NCBI GenBank assembly: GCA_964441955.1 | Contig: CAYTWA010000002.1 | Location: 137,170-169,169 of the forward strand | Direction: 5' to 3' | DNA from: an uncultured Elusimicrobia bacterium | GTDB taxonomy: Bacteria; Elusimicrobiota; Elusimicrobia; 2-01-FULL-59-12 | Length of the DNA: 32,000 bases | Shown: positions 9,034 to 15,800 of the stretch, one piece after another | Layout of the letters: the number at the start of each line of letters is the position of its first letter | Position numbering within the stretch: position 1 is the stretch's first letter | Notes under the pieces: generated by a model | What the model saw: the letters and a program-made list of their open reading frames with translations, nothing else | Database searches by the model: none | Told to the model about the DNA's origin: nothing | Made by a program: the position numbers and the translations under genes

Positions 9034-10518
9034 ATGAAGCGAACGTCCCTTATTGGCTGCATGACTGCGATGCTCCTCGTCGCGGGGTCCATCTTCTCTT
9101 GGGCCAAACTTGAGCGTGAACAATTGGCCATTGAAAGCCAACTGCAAAACCGCATCGAGGGCATTTTGTCGAAAACCCTACCCGCGAACAGCTATTTGGT
9201 CACCGTCAAAGTGGAGATGGATACGACCTCCAAGCCGGTAGGGGGGCGCGCCGCGCGCGCCTCGCGAAATGGAAAAAACCCGTTTTCTTCTCAAAGCCAG
9301 TTCGTCCTACCCGGGGTGCCTCAAAAGAAAGAATTCATCATGCAGGATGAAAAACCCGTGGAGGAAACCGCGGATATTTTCGAAACCGAAACGTTGGTCC
9401 GCCGTATCCTCATTACCATCTTGGTGGCGCCGGACATTGCCGCGGATCAAGTTCGCGGCCTTCGGGAAGTGGTGCAAGCCAGCATCCCATTTAACCCGCT
9501 GCGCGGTGATGAGCTCCAAATTCAAAATTCCAACCTTTTAAAACCGGTTAATCCCAGCAGCGCCAATTCCAAAAATACGCCAGCAGGCCAAACGCCTTCG
9601 CGCAGCGCTCTTTTTGACCGAGCCAATGCGCCTCTTTGGATTTTATTTGGTGTGATCGGCACGTTGTTCATCATCTTCTTGGCTTTTTTGTTTGGTCCAG
9701 TACGCAGTTTTTTGAACCGTCTCTTGGCGGTTTTGCCGCGCGTGGGCGAACAAGCCGCTTATGCCGTCAACAATGCTCCGGCCAAATCGGGAATGGCAGG
9801 AGGGAACGGGAATGGCACGCTCAATGGAACCCTCCAATCTCGGCGGAATGGGACGGACGTAGACGAGGGCCCATTCCGCTTTATTCGCGAGGACCAACTG
9901 AACAAACTTCCCATTCTTTTACGCCAAATGCCGCCCGCGCAGGCGGCTATTGTGGTGGCTTACCTGCCGCCGGAGTGGGCCAGTAAAATGTTTAGCGCTT
10001 TGGATTCCGGGGCGCAGGGGGCGATTATGGGCGAGCTGGCCCAAGCGCGCGAAGTCCCGGCAGAAACCGTCAAAGAAGTGGAAGCGTTTGTGAAGGGAAA
10101 ATTGCCGTATTTAGTCGGCGGGGTGGATTGGGTCCAGTCGGTCTATCAATTAACCCAGCCGCAAACCCAACGGGCGTTGTTAGGGTCGCTGGCGCAGCAG
10201 TCTCCTGATTTAGCGCAAAACCTACGTCGTAAAACATTTTTCTTTGAAGATGTGGCGGTCTTGCCGGCGGGTGCGATGCGTCTTTTGGTCGCCGAAGCGG
10301 GTTACCCGGCGCTTGCTCAAGCCCTGCGCAGTGAAAAAGTGGAATTTCGAAACAGCGTGCTTGTACGCTTGCCCGCCGCCACCCGCGAAATTATTCTTCA
10401 GGAACTCGAATTATCCGGCGAGGACCGCGCCGCGACCACCGAAGCTAAAGTCAAAATCGTCAACTTGGGCCAGCGTCTTTTAATGGACGGCCGCATCCAG
10501 CTGCCGGAGAGGAAATAA
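9034..10518 (+). CDS. bitopic/bi-TM membrane protein: periplasmic FliF/YscJ-like ring-building-motif-type domain + TM + cytoplasmic FliG middle/C-terminal (torque) domain
   Basis: aa 5-23 are hydrophobic (signal or TM). aa 27-165 follow a helix-strand-strand-helix-strand pattern (ESQLQNRIEGILSKTL / YLVTVKVEM / RRILITILVA / ADQVRGLREVVQASIP / DELQIQ), like the LExxLxxxIxxIxGVxxVxVxI ring-building motifs of FliF/YscJ/SpoIIIAG. TM2 is LWILFGVIGTLFIIFLAFLFGPV (aa 200-222), followed by a G/N-rich linker. aa 282-490 are FliG-like: ARM-type repeats (PPAQAAIVVAYLPPEWASKMFSAL), the MFxF-equivalent TFFFEDV, and a charged helix TREIILQELELSGEDR. Confidence 0.6.
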   Translation: MKRTSLIGCMTAMLLVAGSIFSWAKLEREQLAIESQLQNRIEGILSKTLPANSYLVTVKVEMDTTSKPVGGRAARASRNGKNPFSSQSQFVLPGVPQKKEFIMQDEKPVEETADIFETETLVRRILITILVAPDIAADQVRGLREVVQASIPFNPLRGDELQIQNSNLLKPVNPSSANSKNTPAGQTPSRSALFDRANAPLWILFGVIGTLFIIFLAFLFGPVRSFLNRLLAVLPRVGEQAAYAVNNAPAKSGMAGGNGNGTLNGTLQSRRNGTDVDEGPFRFIREDQLNKLPILLRQMPPAQAAIVVAYLPPEWASKMFSALDSGAQGAIMGELAQAREVPAETVKEVEAFVKGKLPYLVGGVDWVQSVYQLTQPQTQRALLGSLAQQSPDLAQNLRRKTFFFEDVAVLPAGAMRLLVAEAGYPALAQALRSEKVEFRNSVLVRLPAATREIILQELELSGEDRAATTEAKVKIVNLGQRLLMDGRIQLPERK

Positions 10519-10521
10519 TTT

Positions 10522-11349
10522 ATGGATTGGGTTACCCTTTTAGGCTACGTGATCGGGTTTGGCACCGTGGGTTTTGTGCTTATTTCCGGCAATTCGCTGG
10601 GGCTCATTTTTAACGCGCACGCTATTATCTTGGTGTTTGGGGGGACGGCTGGTAGCGTACTGCTAAGTTTCCCCGGTCCGATTTTGGCGCAAGCGGTCAG
10701 GGCTTTTCGGGTATTCCTGTTCCCGGGCCGGCGCCCGGAAGCGACCGCCGTCATTAATTTGTTGATGCGTTTTTCGGAAAAAGCGCGCCGCCAAAACCTC
10801 GAAAGTCTGGAGGGGGACGTGGCCTCGGTTCGAATTCCCTTTCTAGCCAATGGGCTGCGCATGGTGTTGGACGGCTTACCCGCGGAGATGGTGCGCAGCA
10901 ACCTTATTAAGGAAATACGTTTCTCGCGCGACCGGCATGCCCAAGTGGCCAACGTGTTTAGAAGTGCGGCGTCCTATGCCCCGATCTTTGGTTTGCTCGG
11001 CACGCTAGTCGGCGTGGTCCAGGTGCTCATGACTTTAACCGACCCTAAAACCATCGGCGCATCCATGGCCATTGCCATGACGGCCACGTTTTATGGAATT
11101 TTTGCGGCTAACTTTTTATTTTTGCCGGTGGCGGGCAAATTGAATGTTTACGCCCAAGAGGAAACCTTTTTGCAGGAACTGATGATCGAGGGCATTTTGG
11201 CCATCGGCCAAAACGAAGTCCCCGCCCTGGTCTTTAGAAAACTCCAAGGATTCGCGGAAGCACACAAACGCGATCAATTGGCGGCTGGACGCCTGGGAGC
11301 CGTGGGGGACGCGGCTCCCGGCGCCGGCGGCCGTCGTGAGGCGGCATGA
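10522..11349 (+). CDS. motA: MotA/PomA-type stator proton(ion)-channel subunit
   Basis: Four TM segments with a ~90-aa R/E-rich cytoplasmic loop between TM2 and TM3. The C-terminal channel helices ASYAPIFGLLGTLVGVVQVL and TATFYGIFAANFLFLPVAGKL match MotA family hallmarks. Confidence 0.85.
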   Translation: MDWVTLLGYVIGFGTVGFVLISGNSLGLIFNAHAIILVFGGTAGSVLLSFPGPILAQAVRAFRVFLFPGRRPEATAVINLLMRFSEKARRQNLESLEGDVASVRIPFLANGLRMVLDGLPAEMVRSNLIKEIRFSRDRHAQVANVFRSAASYAPIFGLLGTLVGVVQVLMTLTDPKTIGASMAIAMTATFYGIFAANFLFLPVAGKLNVYAQEETFLQELMIEGILAIGQNEVPALVFRKLQGFAEAHKRDQLAAGRLGAVGDAAPGAGGRREAA

Positions 11350-11981
11350 TTGAAAAACTGGGTCCCATTTTTGTTGAACGCCGAAACCAATACATTTGGC
11401 TGACGATCTACTCCGATCTCATCACGAACCTCTTTTTGCTGTTCCTAAGTCTTTTCGCCTTGTCCTATTTCGGTCCGGACGCCCTTCAAGATGCGATGGC
11501 TTCCATGAAAACTCGCCTTGAATACCAAAAGAAGGCCGCCCCCTGGTACGCGGATTTGGCGCACAACCTCAAAATGGTTTCTGACCAAGATGCGCCGATT
11601 GTGGCGCGTGAAGACCGCTTGCAGATGGCCCTTCCGGAAGAGGTGTTGTTCGGCGCGGGAGCAGGAGAGCTTCGCACGCAGGACCAGCTCGTGCTGCATG
11701 GCTTGGCTAATGCCCTGCGAAACGTTCCGTACACCGTTTTGGTGGAAGGCCATACGGATGACACGCCGCTTAAGGCCGGAAGTCGTTACGCGTCCAATTG
11801 GGAGTTATCGATGGCTCGGGCAATGGCGGTGGTCCGCTATTTGGTCAAGGTGGAACGCATGCCTCCAGAGCGGGTGGGGCTTGCCGCTTTTGGAGAACAC
11901 CACCCCCGCGTGCCCAACCTCTCGGAGGAAAACCGCGCGATGAACCGGCGCATCGAAATCAGCGTGCTGCGTTATGAATGA
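11346..11981 (+). CDS. motB: MotB-like stator subunit with OmpA-type peptidoglycan-binding domain (paralog 1)
   Basis: A single N-terminal TM carries the invariant Asp (WLTIYSDLITNLFLLFL). The C-terminal OmpA-like domain reads VLVEGHTDDTPL...SNWELSMARAMAVVRYL...NRRIEISV. The start overlaps the motA stop (ATGA). Confidence 0.8.
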   Translation: MIEKLGPIFVERRNQYIWLTIYSDLITNLFLLFLSLFALSYFGPDALQDAMASMKTRLEYQKKAAPWYADLAHNLKMVSDQDAPIVAREDRLQMALPEEVLFGAGAGELRTQDQLVLHGLANALRNVPYTVLVEGHTDDTPLKAGSRYASNWELSMARAMAVVRYLVKVERMPPERVGLAAFGEHHPRVPNLSEENRAMNRRIEISVLRYE

Positions 11982-12609
11982 GGATTTTGCCAACCCCTAC
12001 AAGCCCCTCATTGACGAGGATCGGTCCGAAGAAATAAGCCACCTTTGGATTGTTTCGTACAGCGACTTTATGACCATTTTGATGATTTTTTTTCTGATGT
12101 GTTTTGCGCACCGCGTCTGGGAGAAAAAAGTGTTTTTCGAAGACCAAAAAATCCGGCGCGAGCGCGCCATCCGGGAAGTTCAAGACGGCATGGTTCGACG
12201 GTTGGACCGTTTAAGTACCATCGACGTCCAAGCCGAGCGCATCGATATCCACCTGCCCGATTCGCTTCTTTTTTCCGGGGGGCAGTCCGACATGCGGGGC
12301 GCCGCTAAATTGCTGCTGGCCGACATTGTGCCCGACCTTAAGAAATTCAAAGGCGACATTATTGTGGAAGGCCATACGGACGATTTGCCCTTAGGTCGTC
12401 ATTCGCATTTCGGTTCAAACTGGGAGCTTTCAACGGCGCGCGCCTTCAGTGTGATCAAATTTCTCGAGCAGGAAGGGGTTGACCCCGGAAAAATGTCGGC
12501 GCGAGGCTACGGCGAATACCGTCCACGCGTGCCCAACATTTCGCCCGAAAACCGGGCCGAAAACCGGCGCATTGAATTGATTCTGCTCAACCCCAGGAAA
12601 GACGGTTAA
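11974..12609 (+). CDS. motB: MotB-like stator subunit with OmpA-type peptidoglycan-binding domain (paralog 2)
   Basis: The TM carries Asp (WIVSYSDFMTILMIFFLMCF). The OmpA-like domain reads IIVEGHTDDLPL...SNWELSTARAFSVIKFL...NRRIELILL. The gene overlaps the upstream paralog by 8 nt. Confidence 0.8.
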   Translation: MNEDFANPYKPLIDEDRSEEISHLWIVSYSDFMTILMIFFLMCFAHRVWEKKVFFEDQKIRRERAIREVQDGMVRRLDRLSTIDVQAERIDIHLPDSLLFSGGQSDMRGAAKLLLADIVPDLKKFKGDIIVEGHTDDLPLGRHSHFGSNWELSTARAFSVIKFLEQEGVDPGKMSARGYGEYRPRVPNISPENRAENRRIELILLNPRKDG

Positions 12610-12611
12610 TC

Positions 12612-14723
12612 ATGCCTAAAAAATGGTTTCTGATCATTTTGGCCATCGTGGTCATCCCCGTGACGATGACTTCATGGAAGGTGATTCAGTATGCCCGGGA
12701 ATCCAAAAGTCAGATTTACGAGCTCCACCGGCATATTGTAACGGCCTTGGCGCTCAATACGACCGCTTACTTCCAGCAGCTCAACATGCGCTTGGCCTTC
12801 GCGCCATTGTTGTCGCGTGCCAAAGGGTGGGGGGAACAAGTGGCGGTGCTCAATAACGCTTTGTTGTCAAATAGCGACTTTTCCTGCGTGGCCGTCATCG
12901 ATGCTTCCGGAAAGGAATTGGCCAAAGCCTTCGATATTAAAGCGCGGGGTTTCGCTCCGGCGCTAACCCGCGGAAACGATCCCTTTTTTCAAAAGGTGAG
13001 CCGCACGCGCAACGCCGATACGGGACCCGTTTATGAGCGCGACGGCATTTCCTATTTCGACGTTTTGTATCCGCTCGCCTCCGGGCAAATGTTGATGGTG
13101 GCGATTCGCTGGGAGGGCTTAAAAAAGGTGCTCTTCGACCAAAAAGTCGGACAAGAAGGCTACATCCGCCTGTTGGATGAAGAGGGCCGCATCGTCGGGG
13201 ATTCGCTCAACAGCCACGTGGGAAAGACGGTTTCTGATTGGTATTTTTTTCAAGATCGAAAAGAAAACGCAGCCCCTTGGTTCGGCGAATTCGACGATAC
13301 GCAAAAGGTCCCCTCTGTGGGGGCTGGGCAGTGGATCGCGGGTGCTGGGTGGTTTGTGCTTTCGGCGCAACCCCAATCGGAAGCTTATGCCAAAACGCGG
13401 GACTTGCGAAACAAAGCCTTCCTCTGGATGGCCGGCAGTTTCGTCGGGGTTTGTTTTTTTGGTTATTTTTGGGTCATGCACATCAGCCGCCCGATCACTC
13501 GCTTAGCGGCGGGTGTCACGAACGTGGCGCGAAGGCGCTTTGACCAGCACGTCCCGGAAGACTACGGCCTCGAAGAATTCCGCGCTTTAGGGCAGGCGTT
13601 TAACCGGATGATGACGGAACTTAAAAGCTACAACGACTTGCAGGTTGAAAAAATTATTGAAGAACAAACCACGAGCAAATCCCTTCTCTTTAACATCCGT
13701 GACGGCATCGTGATGATTAACGAAAAAAGCGAAATTCTTTTCGCCAATGACCCAGCCAAACAATGGACCAAAGACACCGCGGGCCGTGGAAAAGAGGACT
13801 TCAATAAATCGTGGGCTTCCTTACAAGAGTACCCGCCTTGGATGGACCTGTTGCAGCCCGTTTTAGATGGGGAAAAAGCTAGCTCTTCAGAAGAGTTCGA
13901 ATTTCCCGTGCAAGGCCGTCCCCGGTGGGCCCGCGTATTGGCCCAACCTGTTTCCACGGAATCTGGACGACGGTTGGGCATCATGGTGTTTATTCGAGAC
14001 ATTACCCAAGACAAAGAGTTGGACCGCATGAAAGAAGACTTTTTTAACGGGATCACGCATGACTTGCGTACGCCGCTGGCGGCGACGATCGGTTACTTGG
14101 GGTTGTCCGAGCTTCAGGTGCCCCAAGGCGAACAGGAACTGAGCAAATTGGTGAGTTCCGCGCGGCAATCGGCCAAGCGCGCGCTGGGGCTCGTAGAAAC
14201 CATTTTAAGTTTGGCGCGCTTGCAGGCCGGAAAACTGAACCTTAATTTTTCGCCCGTTCAGATCAAAGGGGTGTTGGAAAAAATTGCCGGGGATTTGCGT
14301 TTCCATGCGGAAGCCAAAAAAATCCACTTAAGCGCCGAATGTTTAGATGAGAAACTTTGGGTCAATGCCGATGCCGGTATGATCGACCGCGTGATCGAAA
14401 ACTTAACCGGAAACGCCATCAAATACACGATGGAAGGCGGGTGGGTGAAACTCTCCGCCAAGGCGGTGGATGAGGGCGTCATGATCTCCATCCAAGACAA
14501 TGGCCGAGGAATCCCTCCGGAGGCCATAAAAAAACTTTTTGGCAAATTCCAGCAAGTGAAAGCCGAAGACCGCGCTGTAGGATTCGGTATCGGGTTGTCC
14601 TTCTCGAAAGGGATTGTAGAAGCCCACGGGAGCGCCATCGATGTAGAGTCGGAAGTCGGTAAAGGGAGCCATTTTCACTTTACGTTGCAGCGCGCCCAAG
14701 CCCCCGCCGCCAAAGCCGCTTAG
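12612..14723 (+). CDS. sensor histidine kinase (periplasmic sensor domain, HAMP, PAS-like, HisKA, HATPase_c)
   Basis: Two TM segments (aa 5-22 and ~268-290) flank a ~245-aa periplasmic domain. Then come a HAMP-like segment (ISRPITRLAAGV...AFNRMMTELK) and the H-box FFNGITHDLRTPL (His483, nt 14058-14060). The N box LTGNAIKYT, G1 IQDNGRGIP and G2 GFGIGLS follow. Confidence 0.85.
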   Translation: MPKKWFLIILAIVVIPVTMTSWKVIQYARESKSQIYELHRHIVTALALNTTAYFQQLNMRLAFAPLLSRAKGWGEQVAVLNNALLSNSDFSCVAVIDASGKELAKAFDIKARGFAPALTRGNDPFFQKVSRTRNADTGPVYERDGISYFDVLYPLASGQMLMVAIRWEGLKKVLFDQKVGQEGYIRLLDEEGRIVGDSLNSHVGKTVSDWYFFQDRKENAAPWFGEFDDTQKVPSVGAGQWIAGAGWFVLSAQPQSEAYAKTRDLRNKAFLWMAGSFVGVCFFGYFWVMHISRPITRLAAGVTNVARRRFDQHVPEDYGLEEFRALGQAFNRMMTELKSYNDLQVEKIIEEQTTSKSLLFNIRDGIVMINEKSEILFANDPAKQWTKDTAGRGKEDFNKSWASLQEYPPWMDLLQPVLDGEKASSSEEFEFPVQGRPRWARVLAQPVSTESGRRLGIMVFIRDITQDKELDRMKEDFFNGITHDLRTPLAATIGYLGLSELQVPQGEQELSKLVSSARQSAKRALGLVETILSLARLQAGKLNLNFSPVQIKGVLEKIAGDLRFHAEAKKIHLSAECLDEKLWVNADAGMIDRVIENLTGNAIKYTMEGGWVKLSAKAVDEGVMISIQDNGRGIPPEAIKKLFGKFQQVKAEDRAVGFGIGLSFSKGIVEAHGSAIDVESEVGKGSHFHFTLQRAQAPAAKAA

Positions 14724-14774
14724 GTCTGGAATCCTAATTTGTGACTTCAAAAGTCTGAGTGGCATAATGTAGGC

Positions 14775-14957
14775 GTGTCCCTTGAAACCCATTCTGTTCA
14801 GTGTCCCTACTGTGGCGAGACCATCGAAATAGATGTGGAGCCGTTAGAAGAAACCCAATCCCTCATCGAAGATTGCACCGTTTGCTGCCGCCCGGTGCAG
14901 TATGAAGTCACATCAACAGACGAAGGCATCGAAGTAACGGCCGCTCGCTCGGACTGA
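14775..14957 (+). CDS. CPXCG-motif cysteine-rich small protein (putative zinc ribbon)
   Basis: 60 codons from GTG 14775. CPYCGE ... EDCTVCCRP is the paired-Cys pattern of the CPXCG small-protein family. Confidence 0.65.
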   Translation: MSLETHSVQCPYCGETIEIDVEPLEETQSLIEDCTVCCRPVQYEVTSTDEGIEVTAARSD

Positions 14958-14981
14958 CGGCGAGACCTTAAACGGCAGAAA

Positions 14982-15369
14982 GGGCGGTAAGCCTTGACGA
15001 CGGTAAGCCTTGAAGGCAGCGAAAGGAAACAATTTTTTAGAAAGACACAAACCGGCGTGGCCTGATCAATGCGTTCCTCAATGCTAATTCCACTGGCTGC
15101 CGTTTAGGCATACCGCCCCCCAGGTTTACCGCCGTCTGGTGTTGGAGAGACTCGGCTACCTCGAAGGTCGAGACGGGGCGGTACGCCTTGACGACGGTAA
15201 GCCTTGAAGGCAGCGAAAGGAAACAATTTTTTAGAAAGACACAAACCGGCGTGGCCTGATCAATGCGTTCCTCAATGCTAATTCCACTGGCTGCCGTTTA
15301 GGCATACCGCCCCCCAGGTTTACCGCCGTCTGGTGTTGGAGAGACTCAGCTACCTCGAAGGTCGAGACG
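14982..15369. repeat. tandem direct duplication, 2 x 194 bp, each unit internally self-complementary
   Basis: Unit 1 (14982-15175) and unit 2 (15176-15369) differ at only two positions (14990 a vs 15184 c; 15154 g vs 15348 a). Within unit 1, 14983-14993 pairs with 15123-15133, 15001-15009 with 15107-15115, and 15015-15020 with 15096-15101. Confidence 0.9.
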
Positions 15370-15538
15370 GGGGCGTGGGGGGCGTCTTACGTTTGGGGAT
15401 GGGAAGGCAAATGCAGCCGCTAAAGCCGCACCCCATGCAGCAGTAATTCTTTTTGCCGATTTGAAAACCTTGTGCGGTGGCCCAGCGGGACTTCTTTAAA
15501 TTGCAGTTAGTACAGGCGGCCATGGCGCATTGTAGCAT
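15350..15538 (-). CDS. possible small Cys-rich metal-binding protein (TRASH/YHS-like C-x2-C-x20-C-x3-C; SmtA-reminiscent)
   Basis: The minus-strand translation from ATG 15538 is MLQCAMAACTNCNLKKSRWATAQGFQIGKKNYCCMGCGFSGCICLPIPKRKTPPTPPSRPSR, with 8 Cys in the first 44 aa. The spacing C9-x2-C12-x20-C33-x3-C37 fits the TRASH signature, and GKKNYCCMGC recalls the NGLYYCSEAC of SmtA. No Shine-Dalgarno is visible, and the 3' end runs into the 194-bp repeat. Confidence 0.3.
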   Translation of the reverse strand: MLQCAMAACTNCNLKKSRWATAQGFQIGKKNYCCMGCGFSGCICLPIPKRKTPPTPPSRPSR

Positions 15539-15545
15539 CTGCCGG

Positions 15546-15725
15546 AAGGCGTTCGGGGGGATAACAACGTTTAAGGACAGCAAAGCGTTCAGGGTCCTGA
15601 CGGCGTTCAGGGACACACAAGCGTTCAGATTCAAAACGTCGTTCTTCGTTGAACGCCGTCATGCCTCTGAACGCCTTTGCGTCCCCGAACGCCGTCAAGT
15701 CATTGAACGTCGTTGTAAGTTGTTT
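15546..15725. repeat. ten tandem 18-bp units forming a long imperfect palindrome (GCGTTCAG arm / CTGAACGC arm)
   Basis: Units read in register from 15546: AAGGCGTTCGGGGGGATA, ACAACGTTTAAGGACAGC, AAAGCGTTCAGGGTCCTG, ACGGCGTTCAGGGACACA, CAAGCGTTCAGATTCAAA, ACGTCGTTCTTCGTTGAA, CGCCGTCATGCCTCTGAA, CGCCTTTGCGTCCCCGAA, CGCCGTCAAGTCATTGAA, CGTCGTTGTAAGTTGTTT. The symmetry centre is near 15645-15650. Confidence 0.85.
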
Positions 15726-15771
15726 TAAGGCCCAGGGCCCTTCAGGCTCATTTTTCCAGCCCTTTCGCTCA

Positions 15772-15800
15772 TTGGCCATTCCCTCGCGTTTGCCTATAGT
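15772..15800 (+). promoter_or_regulatory. candidate sigma70-type promoter of the giant ORF
   Basis: TTGGCC (15772-15777), a 17-nt spacer, then TATAGT (15795-15800), 37 nt upstream of ATG 15837. It is flanked by the direct repeat TCCCTCGCGT(T/C)TGC at 15780-15793 and 15800-15813. Confidence 0.35.

Noticed and set aside
10522-12609. MotA/MotB homologs as a Zorya-type anti-phage system.
   Set aside because: ZorA proteins carry a very long C-terminal tail and are accompanied by ZorC/ZorD-type (or ZorE) genes. Here MotA is a standard 275 aa, and its neighbours are a FliG-domain protein, envelope proteins and a kinase.
14982-15725. Could the 194-bp and 18-bp repeats be a CRISPR array?
   Set aside because: There is no repeat-spacer alternation. 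The 194-bp units are contiguous and identical throughout, and the 18-bp units abut each other without unique spacers. No cas genes are in the window.
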